Under the pieces are notes generated by a model, which was not told the DNA's origin, did not search any database, and worked only from the letters and a program-made list of their open reading frames with translations. The position numbers and the translations under genes are program-made. This document shows positions 29,588-40,700 of a DNA stretch of 64,000 nt, in pieces. Within the stretch, counting starts at the first letter, position 1. Each line of letters opens with the position of its first letter. The DNA comes from Cenarchaeum sp. Lineage in GTDB: Archaea; Thermoproteota; Nitrososphaeria; Nitrososphaerales; Nitrosopumilaceae. The DNA is taken from contig OZ242221.1 in NCBI GenBank assembly GCA_965206845.1, forward strand, positions 608,001 through 672,000, in the 5' to 3' direction.

Positions 29588-31210
29588 ATGGCTTCAATCG
29601 AGCAAACTCCGCACGGGCCGGTACTGGTTCTAAAGGAGAGTGCCCTTCAGCAGAAGGGACGTGACGCACAAAAGAACAACATCGCCGCGGCAAAGCTTGT
29701 AGCTGACATGGTAAGAACAAGCCTCGGACCGCGTGGGCTGGACAAGATGCTGGTAGACTCGCTGGGGGATGTTACAATAACAAATGACGGGGCCACGATT
29801 CTAAAAGAGATCGATGTTCAGCACCCCGCTGCAAAGATGATGGTCGAGATTGCAAAGACGATGGACAACGAGGTGGGCGACGGAACAACATCCTCTGTGG
29901 TCTTTGGGGGAGCCCTGCTTGCAAAGGCCGAGGAGCTGCTAAAAAAGGAGGTTCACTCGTCCGTAGTTGTTGAAGGCTACCAGGAGGCAGCCGCCAAGAC
30001 ACTGGAGATACTTGCCAGCGTTGGAAAGAAGGTAGAGTTTGAGGATGAGGAGACGCTCACAAAGGTGGCAGTTACCAGCATGCAGTCAAAGATGGTGTCT
30101 GAGGACAGCGACACATTGGCAAAGACAGTAGTGGATGCGGTTCTCAAGGTCGTCTCCAAGGACGGCGATAGTTATTCTGTAGATCTTGACAACATAAAGG
30201 TAGAGAAGAAGGCAGGTGCAACAATTCGTGACACCGCCATGATTGAGGGAATCGTGCTGGACAAGGAGACGGTTCACCCAAACATGCGCTTTACGGTTAA
30301 CAACGCCAGGATTGCACTGCTAAACACGGCACTAGAGGTGGAGAAGACCGAGATGAGTGCCGAGATCAGAATTACCGATCCGACCCAGATGCAGATGTTC
30401 CTTGAGGAGGAGAACAAGATGCTCAAGGAGATGGTTCAGAAGATTCGCAACCTGAAAGCAAACGTGTTGCTGTGCCAGAAGGGCATCGATGACATTGCCC
30501 AGCACTATCTTGCCAAGAACAGGATTATGGCAGTAAGGCGCATAAAAGAGAGCGACATGGCCAAGCTGGAAAAGGCAACCGGAGGCCGGGTAACCACAAA
30601 CATTGATGATCTAACAGAGAAGGATCTGGGAACGGCTGCCACGGTTCAGCAAAAGACCATAGACTCGGACAAGTGGGTCTTCATCGAGGGATGCAAGAAC
30701 CCGCAGTCGGTCACAATTCTCGTCAGAGGCGGCTCCCAGAGAATAGTCGACGAGGTTGACCGCTCACTTCACGACGCGCTAATGGTAGTAAAGGACGTGA
30801 TTGAAAACCCATTCATTGTAGCCGGCGGTGGGTCGATAGAGGCACATGTGGCGTCCCAGCTAAAGGTGTGGGCCGACAGCTTTGACGGAAGGGAGCAGCT
30901 GGCCATCAAAAAATACGCCGAGGCACTGGAAACGATTCCACTCACCATAGCCGAGAATGCAGGAATGGATCCTATAGACAGCATGGCCAATCTCCGGACA
31001 GCGCAGAACCAGAACAAGATGTGGACCGGAATTGATGCCAGAAACGCGCACGTTACAGACATGATGGAGATCGGAGTGATCGAGCCCGTTGCGGTAAAGG
31101 AGCAGATCGTCAACTCCGCCACGGAGGCGGCCTGCATGATTCTGAGAATAGACGACGTGATCGCCGTATCAGGCGGCCAACCGGGCCCGGGCGGCCCACC
31201 AATGGGATAA
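29588..31210 (+). CDS. ths: Thermosome (group II chaperonin) subunit
   Basis: [33 protein letters not shown]. Confidence 0.96.
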   Translation: MASIEQTPHGPVLVLKESALQQKGRDAQKNNIAAAKLVADMVRTSLGPRGLDKMLVDSLGDVTITNDGATILKEIDVQHPAAKMMVEIAKTMDNEVGDGTTSSVVFGGALLAKAEELLKKEVHSSVVVEGYQEAAAKTLEILASVGKKVEFEDEETLTKVAVTSMQSKMVSEDSDTLAKTVVDAVLKVVSKDGDSYSVDLDNIKVEKKAGATIRDTAMIEGIVLDKETVHPNMRFTVNNARIALLNTALEVEKTEMSAEIRITDPTQMQMFLEEENKMLKEMVQKIRNLKANVLLCQKGIDDIAQHYLAKNRIMAVRRIKESDMAKLEKATGGRVTTNIDDLTEKDLGTAATVQQKTIDSDKWVFIEGCKNPQSVTILVRGGSQRIVDEVDRSLHDALMVVKDVIENPFIVAGGGSIEAHVASQLKVWADSFDGREQLAIKKYAEALETIPLTIAENAGMDPIDSMANLRTAQNQNKMWTGIDARNAHVTDMMEIGVIEPVAVKEQIVNSATEAACMILRIDDVIAVSGGQPGPGGPPMG

Positions 31211-31240
31211 ACCCATAAGCACAAGCCACACAGAATATCC

Positions 31241-32095
31241 GTGAAACGGCTGGGCGTTGATCTTGGCGGAACAAAGATCGAGGCAATTCTTCTTGATGAG
31301 GGAAACCGCGCGCTGGGGCGCAAGCGGATACCCACTCCAGACAGCTATGACGGCATCCTGTCCGCGATTGCCTGCCTTGTGAATGAACTGGGAACGGGGG
31401 AGTTCAGCGTTGGCGTATGCACACCAGGGGCCATCTCGAAGAACACCGGAATGGTAAAAAACAGCAATACCGGGTGTCTCACGGGCAGGCCGCTGCATGG
31501 AGACCTGGAGTGCGCGCTGGGGCACGGTATCCGAATGGAGAACGATGCGAACTGTTTTGCTGTGGCCGAAGCCACCATGGGCGCTGCCAAGGGATACGAC
31601 ACTGTATTTGGCGTGATAATGGGAACCGGAGTGGGCGGCGGCATAGTCATGAACAAAAAAATCTACCGCGGCCGCACAAACACTGCAGGCGAGTGGGGCC
31701 ACCACGTACTGCACAGTGGCGGCAACAAGTGCTACTGCGGAAATCGCGGATGCGTCGAGACGTACATATCAGGTCCCGCGCTGGAAAGACGCTGGCAGGA
31801 GATCACAGGCCAAGCCCTGCCGCTAAAAGAGATCATACCATGCACAGGATCCCGTGCAGGAACCGAGTGGAAATCCGAGTTTCTGAACAACTTTGGGGCC
31901 GCGCTGGCCAACGTGATCGACATCCTGGATCCTGATGCCATCGTACTGGGCGGCGGGGTGTCAAACGTGCCGTTCCTTTATGACGAGGGAAGAAGACATG
32001 TCTGGGATGACGTGTTCGGTGGTGTGGCAGATACACCGATCCTGCAGAACAAGCTCGGGGATTCGGGCGGCGTCTACGGGGCTGCACTGCTGTAG
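31241..32095 (+). CDS. ROK family sugar kinase (Mak/fructokinase-like)
   Basis: DLGGTK, ENDANC, GTGVGGG, GEWGH, CYCG..GCVE, LGGGVS. Confidence 0.9.
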   Translation: MKRLGVDLGGTKIEAILLDEGNRALGRKRIPTPDSYDGILSAIACLVNELGTGEFSVGVCTPGAISKNTGMVKNSNTGCLTGRPLHGDLECALGHGIRMENDANCFAVAEATMGAAKGYDTVFGVIMGTGVGGGIVMNKKIYRGRTNTAGEWGHHVLHSGGNKCYCGNRGCVETYISGPALERRWQEITGQALPLKEIIPCTGSRAGTEWKSEFLNNFGAALANVIDILDPDAIVLGGGVSNVPFLYDEGRRHVWDDVFGGVADTPILQNKLGDSGGVYGAALL

Positions 32096-32169
32096 CCGTA
32101 ACCGCGGGCAGGATGGCGCACATGTATCAGGCACATCTAAAATAGGCAAAGGGGGACTAGAGAACGGCC

Positions 32170-32499
32170 TTATGTGGCAAGGGCGCGGTCGATCATCTTC
32201 TTGTAGGACTCTTTTGATGCGGCGCCTACCTGCTGGCTGATCATTTTGCCGTCTTTGAACAGTGCCAGAGTGGGTATGCTAAATACGTTGTACTGTGAGG
32301 CCAGCTCGCCTGCATCGTCGACGTTTACCTTGACAAAGTCCACGGTGCCGTCGTACTCCTGTGCAAGCTCCTCAACCACAGGGCTCACCATCCTGCACGG
32401 TCCGCACCACTCAGCCCAAAAGTCTACAAAGACCGGACGCGGCGATCGTATTACGCCGCTCTCCCAGCTTTTGGGATCTGATATCTTTGAAATTCCCAT
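32170..32499 (-). CDS. trxA: Thioredoxin
   Basis: DFWAEWCGPC, SIPT. Confidence 0.93.
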   Translation of the reverse strand: MGISKISDPKSWESGVIRSPRPVFVDFWAEWCGPCRMVSPVVEELAQEYDGTVDFVKVNVDDAGELASQYNVFSIPTLALFKDGKMISQQVGAASKESYKKMIDRALAT

Positions 32500-32763
32500 G
32501 GTACGATTGGTCATTGGTACACACCTAAATATGTTCCACCGATGGACCGGTATAGACTCAGGTCCCGCTCGAACCTAGGCACGATTTTGCGAGACGCGAC
32601 GCAGTTTTGTGTCTAGAAGGATCGCCGACCTGAGTACATACATGGACCGCACGGCGCCATCCGCCGTCCGGGCCAGACAAGGAATCCTGCCAAACCCATG
32701 CCCGAATGAAGAGGCGGCCGGCGCCATACCGCCCCGCTATCAAATATACTTAAATTATATCGG

Positions 32764-33558
32764 ATGGGTGTACCTGTATTGAGCACTGATCTTAGGCTGA
32801 AGAAGTTGAGAGGATCAGGGGGCTATGTTATAGCAACCGTAGATGATCTCCAACAGGGAAAAGGAAACTTGGGCGGTCCGGATCTGTTCCTTGCTCCCAT
32901 CGGCAGAATTGACACTTCCAGAATATCAAAATTCTTCTGCAACACATGCGAGAGCGAATACGACGGGGCCCCGGACATCAAGTATGAGAGTCCAAACGAG
33001 GAGGTAGCCGAGAATCTGATTCTGGCAGAGAAGGGGCAGTATATCTGCCAGACATGCAGTTCGACCCTGGCAGAGTACAGGGAGTTTAAGAAGAGCGACG
33101 AGGCGGCAGATGTCGGGGCTGCAAAACCGATAGAGGTGGCAGATACTGTTGCCAGCGAGGCTACAGAGGTGGCAGATATATCCATCATTGAGGATGCAGG
33201 ATCCGATACGATATCGGCAGAACTACCGGTTCCGGAAACGGATCCAGAGTCGCAGCCTGAGACTGGGGAGATCAGATCAATCATCGGCATGGCGATCTTT
33301 GACATGGATGCCGCAGGGATGGGAACCGTAAAACAGATAGGCATCGATGCCACACAGACCCTGACCCTGGTGGTAGAAGGGACCGACGGAACCAGACAAA
33401 TGATCGCATGGGATCGGGTCAGGAGCGTAGGCGACATTATCCTTCTAGGAGAGAAAGGCCCCGCCGCGGCGCCATCACAAGATCACGGTTGCCCGCAGTG
33501 CAAGTTCGAGAACAAGCCGGATTCAAAATTCTGCGAGCAGTGCGGACACGCATTCTGA
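32764..33558 (+). CDS. Hypothetical zinc-ribbon protein with PRC-barrel-like domain
   Basis: CNTC/CQTC, acidic linker, IIGMAIFD...GTVKQI...IAWDRVRSVGDIILL (PRC-like), C-terminal CPQC..N..SKFCEQCG. Confidence 0.75.
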   Translation: MGVPVLSTDLRLKKLRGSGGYVIATVDDLQQGKGNLGGPDLFLAPIGRIDTSRISKFFCNTCESEYDGAPDIKYESPNEEVAENLILAEKGQYICQTCSSTLAEYREFKKSDEAADVGAAKPIEVADTVASEATEVADISIIEDAGSDTISAELPVPETDPESQPETGEIRSIIGMAIFDMDAAGMGTVKQIGIDATQTLTLVVEGTDGTRQMIAWDRVRSVGDIILLGEKGPAAAPSQDHGCPQCKFENKPDSKFCEQCGHAF

Positions 33559-33639
33559 TTCCATAGGATCACGGCACTTTAGCGAACAGAGCATGTCACC
33601 AAACATATATCAAACAAGGAAAGCGACGGAAAAACACAT

Positions 33640-34356
33640 TTGGCAAAACAATCGATAGCAAGGAAAGCCATTAAAGACGTGGCCATAGTGGCCGTGGGCG
33701 TTTTGATCTTCTGGTTTGGACTCCAGTTGGTCTTTGGAACCGCAAACCCGTTTTATGTGGTATCCAGCGGAAGCATGGTTCCCGAACTGAATGTGTATGA
33801 CATTCTTGTCGTGCAGGCAAACGATCCGTTCGAATCGGTGCGGCTGGGCGACATAATAGTATTTGACCGGCCATCGGGCTCCGAAAGGGTAATTGTTCAC
33901 AGGGTAGTCTCGATAATAGACGAGGATCCGTATACTCTTAGAACCAAGGGCGATGCCAACCCCGCATCCATACCAGGGACGGACTTTCCGATAACCGCAG
34001 ACGAGTACCTCGGCACGGTGTCATACGTTATCCCGCAGGCAGGGTTTGTTACCCAGATATTTGCACCGCCGATAAACTACGTCCTGATTGCAGTGGTTCT
34101 GGGCTTGCTGATACTCAAGACTTTTAGAAGCCACAGGTCGGAGAGGGCGGATGTCGACCCGCCGGCAGTGGAGGACATGCCAGACGACGGCTCGTACACA
34201 GACGGGCCCTTCGACACAGACGAAGCCACTGCCACAGATGTGGGCAGTCCCGACTCCGAGCAGGCAGCCGCATCTGCCACGGACACGGACGAGGCGCCAC
34301 TGCCACAAGAGAGCGAACCAGAAGAAGGCTCCGATGCGAAGCAGGAGAAGGACTAG
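33640..34356 (+). CDS. Signal peptidase I (archaeal/Sec11 type)
   Basis: VVSSGSMVP, GDIIVF, IVHRV, TKGDAN; acidic tail. Confidence 0.92.
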   Translation: MAKQSIARKAIKDVAIVAVGVLIFWFGLQLVFGTANPFYVVSSGSMVPELNVYDILVVQANDPFESVRLGDIIVFDRPSGSERVIVHRVVSIIDEDPYTLRTKGDANPASIPGTDFPITADEYLGTVSYVIPQAGFVTQIFAPPINYVLIAVVLGLLILKTFRSHRSERADVDPPAVEDMPDDGSYTDGPFDTDEATATDVGSPDSEQAAASATDTDEAPLPQESEPEEGSDAKQEKD

Positions 34357-34360
34357 AACC

Positions 34361-35866
34361 CTAAACGCCTGTAATCTTGAAGACGCGCTTGAAATAATCC
34401 GAAGGCTCGGCGGTATCCTCAAAATCGTTCTTTATTCCCGCCAGGTGCTTTGCCAGGTTCTTTTTGTACAGCATCTGCATCTGCCTCTGAATCTGAACTC
34501 TCTGCGCCTGCGGGGAGCCGGCGCCGTGCATGGACTCGGTAAGGTATCCGACGGCGTTTCGTCCCATCGTCATATTCTCAATCAGTCTCAGTATCCTCCG
34601 CCGGTTCTCTACATCCACGCCTTTTCGGCCGGCAAAGTATTTGTCAAGGAGTGGCCCTATCTCCGGATGTTTAAAGTCGTCATCCGACGGCAGTGTCACC
34701 ATGAGCCCTCCGGCAATATCCTGAGCCAGCCGCCCGATCTCGTACGGGAATCTTGTCACGTTGTGCTTGCATACCTGTGCCAGCATATCGTCGTTCATAT
34801 AGACGCCAGACTTCATCTTCTGGGACTGATACGACGATGCGATTCCTGCAGCAAAGATGGATTCGTTGAGGTGCGTCATCTCTATGAGCTTGTCCTTGAT
34901 GTGCGAGACCCTAGGCACGCCGTTATAGTCTGCAATGGTTCCTGCCGCGCCGATGAGGACATCGCCGAGTCCGGTCTTGCAGACATAGCTGCGCCGGTGA
35001 TAGCAGGTAAACCGCTCAATCAGCATCGAGGCAAACTCCCACTCGCCGAACATAAAGACATACTCCCATGGAATAAAGACCCTATCTAGTATGACCAAGG
35101 CCTCCTGGCCACTGTACTGTGCATTTCCCGCGTCAATGTCCCCGTTCTCCATGCTCCTAGTATCGCAGGACTGCCTGCCGTAGACATAGGTAATTCCCGG
35201 TGCATCCACCGGAAACGCTCCCACTATGGCGTAATCCCGGTCGTTAGCGGTAAGGCGGACTGTTGGCATTATGATAATCCAGTGAGAGTTAACGCATCCT
35301 GTCTGGTGCGCCTTGGCGCCCGAGACGTAGACGCCTCGCTCATCCTTGTCCACCACGCGTGTGTACAGGTCGGGATCCACCTGTTCCGAAGGACCCTTGC
35401 TACGATCCCCCTTTGGATCGGTCATCGCGCCGCCGATGACCAGGTTCTCCCTCTGAACCATTTTGATAAACTCCAGCAGCCTCGAATGGTAGTCTGTTCT
35501 GTGCTTTTCATCGATCTCAAATGTGGTCGAGTGTAACGAGTTCAGCGCGTCCATTCCCACACACCGCTGAAAGCACGTTCCGGTGTTCTGTCCCAGCTTC
35601 CGCTGCATCTTGTTCTGCATGACCAGATCGTTGGCGCTCTCGGCAATATGCAGAAACCTGTTTACCCTTGCCCCGCTGATCGAGGATTCGGCCGAGGCCA
35701 GCCCCTCCTCCCTTACGGCAAGATCAAACGTCTCTGCCACCGCATTGATGGATGGCTTGATCATTGGGTGCTCGACGGGATCCTCTACAAGGTCTCCAAA
35801 TAGGTACACCTTGAGTTTTCTGCCCCTCAGGCTGTTGATATAATCCTCCCCCGTGCGGATAACCAC
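34361..35866 (-). CDS. abfD: 4-hydroxybutyryl-CoA dehydratase (3HP/4HB cycle)
   Basis: GTCFQRCVGMDA, AMTDPKGDRS, GAKAHQTG, YHRRSYVCK, ESMHGAGSPQAQ. Confidence 0.95.
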   Translation of the reverse strand: MVIRTGEDYINSLRGRKLKVYLFGDLVEDPVEHPMIKPSINAVAETFDLAVREEGLASAESSISGARVNRFLHIAESANDLVMQNKMQRKLGQNTGTCFQRCVGMDALNSLHSTTFEIDEKHRTDYHSRLLEFIKMVQRENLVIGGAMTDPKGDRSKGPSEQVDPDLYTRVVDKDERGVYVSGAKAHQTGCVNSHWIIIMPTVRLTANDRDYAIVGAFPVDAPGITYVYGRQSCDTRSMENGDIDAGNAQYSGQEALVILDRVFIPWEYVFMFGEWEFASMLIERFTCYHRRSYVCKTGLGDVLIGAAGTIADYNGVPRVSHIKDKLIEMTHLNESIFAAGIASSYQSQKMKSGVYMNDDMLAQVCKHNVTRFPYEIGRLAQDIAGGLMVTLPSDDDFKHPEIGPLLDKYFAGRKGVDVENRRRILRLIENMTMGRNAVGYLTESMHGAGSPQAQRVQIQRQMQMLYKKNLAKHLAGIKNDFEDTAEPSDYFKRVFKITGV

Positions 35867-36108
35867 AGACTCTACTCCAAAGAACTTATATAAATACCAT
35901 AAATTCTGCCTAGGCGGATGGGCCGGATTTTTCCCCGCTTGAACGTGGATTTATACACTCCATCCAGTTTTCACATCGGCGCCATCCGAATGCCCTGATC
36001 CCGCATGCGGTCATGCCCTCCCTTCATTTTGGCATGGGCGCATACACACAAGCCGCAAGAGTCCTCACCTCTGGCTCAATGTAGACGGCCTCGGTGCTTC
36101 GGGCCGAT

Positions 36109-38208
36109 TCACTGAAGCCCGATCCGGACATCCAGAATCCGGCACCCCCGGCCTTCTTCCATTACCAGAACCGGGTTCATGTCCAGCTCCCTGATCTCCT
36201 CAAAGTCAGTCACAAGCTGCGAGAGCCTCTGGATGCACTCGGAGAGTTTGGGCAGATCCGACGGCTTTTCACCGCGCGCGCCCTCCAGCAGCTTCCTGGT
36301 CTTGATGGAGGCGATCATGTCGTCTGCCTCCCGGGCGGTAATCGGAGCCAGCTTGAATGTGACGTCCTTGAGTATCTCTACGTATATGCCGCCCATTCCC
36401 AGCATCAGAACGGGACCCATGCCGGGCTCGTGCTTGCAGCCGATGATGAGCTCCTTTCCGCCCTTTACCATCTCCACTACCAGACAGCCCATGATCTCGG
36501 CATCCTTGTTGTATTTTTTGCAGCTGGAGATTATCCTGGCAAAGGCCGCCCTTACCTCTTCCTCGTTCTTCAGGTTGACTGCCACCCCGCCCGCATCGGA
36601 CTTGTGAATTATCTGTGGGGACGCAACCTTTAGCACCACGGGGAACTTGATCCTACCAGCCATGCGGGCAGCCTCGTCTGCATTCCTTGCCAACCTGCTC
36701 TTCGGAAGGGGAAACCCGTATGCATTGAGTATCTGCTGCCCCTCTTCCTCCAGCAGGTTCTGCCTCCCTTCACGCCTTGCAGAGTCGAGAATCTTTCTCA
36801 CTTTTTTTGCGTTCACCTCAAACTTGGTGACCCTTCCCTGGGGCGTGTTTATCCACCGGGAGAATCTGAGCATGGCTCCAAGGGCCCGGACAGCCCCCTC
36901 TGCGTATGTGTAGTAGGGAACATCCCCGGCTGCAAGAATCTGCCGGTTCGTTATGCCCTCGTCCAAGCCCATCAGACTCGCAAGCATGGTCTTTTTGTGC
37001 TTCTTGGACATCTCCACTATGACCCTGGCCAGTCCGTCGTAGTCCAGGGTGCCTGACGGGGTGCACATTGTAATTACAGAGCCTACGTTCTCGTGTCGTA
37101 GCACATGCTCCAAAACCCCCCTGAACCGCTCAAAGTTGGCATCGCCCACTATGTCTACGGGGTTGCGGGAGCTTCCCCATGGCGGAATTACCCGGTCTAT
37201 CTCGGGCCTGATGGAATCGATCTTGGCCATCGCAATTCCCGTCTTGGAGCACGCGTCAGTAGATATGATTGCAGGTCCTCCTGCATTTGATACTATTGCC
37301 AGATCTCCGCCGGTAGGTAGCGGCTGCTTTGAGAAGGCGGTGGCATAGTCAAAGAGCTCCTCCATCGTATCCACCCGAATGGCTCCCGACTGCCGGAGAA
37401 GCGCGTCGTACAGCTCGTCTGAGCCCATCAAGGCTCCCGTATGCGACATGGCCGCCTTTGCCCCCTCGGCGCTACGGCCTGCCTTGAGCACCAGTACGGG
37501 TTTTTTGTGCTTCCGGGTGACACTCCTGCACACCTTGAGAAAGTCCTTGCCGTTGCCCACATCCTCTAGATACATGACTATCACCCGGGTCTGCTTGTGG
37601 GATGCCAGCATCTTGAGGACTGCGATCTCGTTTGTGGATGCCTTGTTTCCCAGGCTTATCACGGCGGAGAACCCTATGCCCTGGGCGCTGGCATCCTCGC
37701 ACAGGGCAGCGCATATGGCTCCGCTCTGGGAGACCAGGGCGATGTGGCCCGTCTTGGGCGTGATCTTCAGAAAGGTGGAATTCATCATGGTGTTCGGGTC
37801 AAGGTTCATGACTCCGAGGCAGTTGGGACCGATCATCTCCATCTTGTGCTTCCTTACGATGTCCTTGATCTGCTGCTCAAGCCTGGCTCCCTCTTCGTCC
37901 ACCTCCTTGAAGCCCGCTGTAATTACCACAACGCCCTTGATCTTCTTCCTGCCACACTCCTCTAGAACCTGTGGCACGAGCGTATTCCTAATTACAATAA
38001 CTGCTAGGCTGATGGGATCCGGGACATCCAGAACCGACTTGTACGCCTTTTTGTCAAATACCGTGGACCGAGAGGGACTTATGGGATACACAGGCCCCTG
38101 AAAGCCGTTCATTATGTTTGAGGTGATTGTCCTGCCTACCGTACCCTCCTTATCGGAGGCGCCGATAACCGCTATAGACTTTGGGGACAACAGGACGGAC
38201 TCGGCCAT
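36109..38208 (-). CDS. ADP-forming acyl-CoA synthetase, probable 4-hydroxybutyrate-CoA ligase
   Basis: AVIGAS, GPNCLG, SQSGA, SHTGA (phospho-His), NAGG, NPVD, HKSDAGGV, DMNP; adjacent to abfD as in thaumarchaeal 3HP/4HB loci. Confidence 0.88.
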   Translation of the reverse strand: MAESVLLSPKSIAVIGASDKEGTVGRTITSNIMNGFQGPVYPISPSRSTVFDKKAYKSVLDVPDPISLAVIVIRNTLVPQVLEECGRKKIKGVVVITAGFKEVDEEGARLEQQIKDIVRKHKMEMIGPNCLGVMNLDPNTMMNSTFLKITPKTGHIALVSQSGAICAALCEDASAQGIGFSAVISLGNKASTNEIAVLKMLASHKQTRVIVMYLEDVGNGKDFLKVCRSVTRKHKKPVLVLKAGRSAEGAKAAMSHTGALMGSDELYDALLRQSGAIRVDTMEELFDYATAFSKQPLPTGGDLAIVSNAGGPAIISTDACSKTGIAMAKIDSIRPEIDRVIPPWGSSRNPVDIVGDANFERFRGVLEHVLRHENVGSVITMCTPSGTLDYDGLARVIVEMSKKHKKTMLASLMGLDEGITNRQILAAGDVPYYTYAEGAVRALGAMLRFSRWINTPQGRVTKFEVNAKKVRKILDSARREGRQNLLEEEGQQILNAYGFPLPKSRLARNADEAARMAGRIKFPVVLKVASPQIIHKSDAGGVAVNLKNEEEVRAAFARIISSCKKYNKDAEIMGCLVVEMVKGGKELIIGCKHEPGMGPVLMLGMGGIYVEILKDVTFKLAPITAREADDMIASIKTRKLLEGARGEKPSDLPKLSECIQRLSQLVTDFEEIRELDMNPVLVMEEGRGCRILDVRIGLQ

Positions 38209-38528
38209 CTTTGATGGTGTAAATGGCAGTTATCTAATAAAGCTATTCAATCTGCTAGTTTGTTGCACAACTCCGAATCGCAGGCACAGAGTGCCTGCTC
38301 CTCGGCACCCATCTAGGCACGTTTGAGAAGATTGTGCAACAAACTACAATCTGCCCGTCATGGGCTGTCTGCCATATCGAACTGGACGCAAGGAACCGCC
38401 CGGACGCACGCCCTTGCACGAAATGTGGGGAGGGCATGGCCGCGTACCTGCCGGGGCCCTGCTCACGCCTACGGCTCACAGCAGGGGCAAGGCTGGTGCG
38501 TCCGCCTCGCATGCACAAATCCACAAGC

Positions 38529-38813
38529 TCAGTCTAGGGAGATCTTGAGAAATATCAGCAGCGCCACAAGCTCTGCCACTCCGACTCCCACCATATATGG
38601 AAATATATCGTGTGAGAAGAGCATCTCTACAGAAAAGTATGCCGTGGCGCTGATCGCGTTGTGCAGGAACAGCATTCCGGCAAACACGATCAGTCCTAAT
38701 GGAAGCTGGGCCCTTGTTTTGGTGTACATCTTTCCAAATGTAGCCACTAGGATGCCAAGTATGATCATGTTGATGATTGACACGATGGAAAGGATGGCAG
38801 ATGTAGGCTCCAT
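38529..38813 (-). CDS. Small 3-TM membrane protein
   Basis: 94 aa with three hydrophobic helices; directly downstream of the ArsR-like gene. Confidence 0.75.
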   Translation of the reverse strand: MEPTSAILSIVSIINMIILGILVATFGKMYTKTRAQLPLGLIVFAGMLFLHNAISATAYFSVEMLFSHDIFPYMVGVGVAELVALLIFLKISLD

Positions 38814-38836
38814 TCACTAGACAACCCCTGCAAGAT

Positions 38837-39139
38837 TTATTTACTTTTTTCCAGTTTTTCTACAATTTCCTCCAGGGATTTCATGTTGTTCTCCAGCAGC
38901 GGCGAGATAAAGTACAGGACGCCATATTTTTCTCCCTCCTTGGAGACCAGGTTGTTCTTTTCTAGTACACGTACGTGGTGCTGGATTGCCTTGTAGTCCA
39001 GATTCAGTTTCTCGGCCAGCTGGTTGATATTCATAGGAACGTCCGTGATCGCATTGATTATCCGCAGTCTGTTCAAACCGCCTCTAGAGCCAGCAAAGAC
39101 AAACCAAAGGAGTCTTTTGACATAGGGGTCGTTGGCCAT
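38837..39139 (-). CDS. ArsR-family winged-helix regulator
   Basis: LLWFVFAGSRGG.NR, NINQLA..L.LDYKAIQHH..VL, YG..Y. Confidence 0.88.
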   Translation of the reverse strand: MANDPYVKRLLWFVFAGSRGGLNRLRIINAITDVPMNINQLAEKLNLDYKAIQHHVRVLEKNNLVSKEGEKYGVLYFISPLLENNMKSLEEIVEKLEKSK

Positions 39140-39266
39140 TATGTACAGATGACTACTTCGAAACGTTACTTAAACCATTTAGAAAAGGCGTGGGCCCGGT
39201 CAGGGACGCAGACGGCGCGCCCCAGACACAATACCTATCTATAGAAACGGCGCCAAGGCATTTCAG

Positions 39267-40655
39267 ATGACGTACGACTCGGTGATCGTTGGCTCGCATG
39301 TGGTGCTCTCATCCGGGATGGTAGACAGAAACATCGTGATGGACGAGGGCAGGATAGTCTCAGTTACAAACGATGTGCCGTCATGCGATCACAAGATCAA
39401 TGGCGTGGGCATGGTATCGATTCCCGGGCTCATCGATCCGCACGTTCACTACGGGGTCTACTCGCCTATAGAGGAGGCTGGCAGGACCGAATCCCGCGCC
39501 GCGGCAGTAGGCGGGGTAACCACCATGATGAGGATGCTCCGACACGGCTCGTCCTACAGGGAAACACTGCAGTCGCACCTTGACGCAAGCGCAAAGAACC
39601 ACCATGTGGACTATGCAGTCCATGCATCCATATTTAATCAGGGGCAGGTGGACGAGATGGACTATATCCGGCAGAAGGGAGTCACGTCGTTTAAGATCTA
39701 CATGAACCTGGGCTCGGATATCGGACACGTGTACATGGACATGGTTCCCGGATCGCAGGCGCTCCATGGGGAGCATGTGGAGGTGAGTGACCGGTTGGTA
39801 GAGGAGACTGTCAAAAAGGCGGCCCTGCTTGGGTGTCCTGTGTGCGTGCATGCCGAGGATTACGAGCAGTGCTCACGTGGAATCCGGGAGGCTCGGATGA
39901 GAAACCAGGACGGCCTTGCCGCATGGTCGTCAAGTCGCTCGCCGGGATCTGAGGCAAAGGCGATCAGGACGGTATCCGCGCTGGCAAGAAAGTACGGATG
40001 CGCGCTGTATCTTGTCCACATAGGATCCAGATCTGCGCTGGGGCAGATCGCGGCAGAGCGCCTGGCCGGCACCAAAATCTCTGTCGAGACATGCCCCCAC
40101 TACCTTGCCCTCTCCTATGAGAAGCAGGATGGCTACCTGGCAAAGGTGATGCCGCCCATCCGGTCGCAGGACGATGTTGGCGCTGTATGGCAAGCGGTAC
40201 GCCGGGGAGCCGTCGACACGATCGGAACGGATCACGTGGCCAACCGGCTGAGTTTGAAGTTGGGGGGTGATGACGTCTGGGGGGCGCTGGCAGGATTTCC
40301 CAGCATAGGGACAGCCCTGCCGCTCTTGCTCTCCGAAGGAGTCAACAGGGGAAGGATCAGCTTGGATCATCTGGTCAGGATCTGCAGTCTCAACGCAGCC
40401 AGGATCTTCGCCATGTACCCAAAAAAGGGAGTGCTGGAACCTGGATCTGATGCGGACATCACCATGATCGATCTAAAGAAGGAGGCCAGGGTTACAAGCG
40501 ATCTCTTTGGCGGGTTCTCGGACTATTCCGTATACGAGGGGTGGAAACTGAAGGGATGGCCACAAAAAACGATCGTCCGCGGGAGTGTGGTGGTAGACGA
40601 CTTCGAGGTTATCGGAAGGCCCGGCTGGGGCAGGATGGTTCCAAGGCAGGCATAA
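39267..40655 (+). CDS. Cyclic amidohydrolase (dihydroorotase/allantoinase/hydantoinase family)
   Basis: PGLIDPHVH, SFKIYM, HAED, VH, ETCPHYL, PPIR, GTDH, GSDAD. Confidence 0.85.
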   Translation: MTYDSVIVGSHVVLSSGMVDRNIVMDEGRIVSVTNDVPSCDHKINGVGMVSIPGLIDPHVHYGVYSPIEEAGRTESRAAAVGGVTTMMRMLRHGSSYRETLQSHLDASAKNHHVDYAVHASIFNQGQVDEMDYIRQKGVTSFKIYMNLGSDIGHVYMDMVPGSQALHGEHVEVSDRLVEETVKKAALLGCPVCVHAEDYEQCSRGIREARMRNQDGLAAWSSSRSPGSEAKAIRTVSALARKYGCALYLVHIGSRSALGQIAAERLAGTKISVETCPHYLALSYEKQDGYLAKVMPPIRSQDDVGAVWQAVRRGAVDTIGTDHVANRLSLKLGGDDVWGALAGFPSIGTALPLLLSEGVNRGRISLDHLVRICSLNAARIFAMYPKKGVLEPGSDADITMIDLKKEARVTSDLFGGFSDYSVYEGWKLKGWPQKTIVRGSVVVDDFEVIGRPGWGRMVPRQA

Positions 40656-40700
40656 GCCGCAGGATGGCACCTGCCCCGGTGTGTATACCGTAGACTCTGA

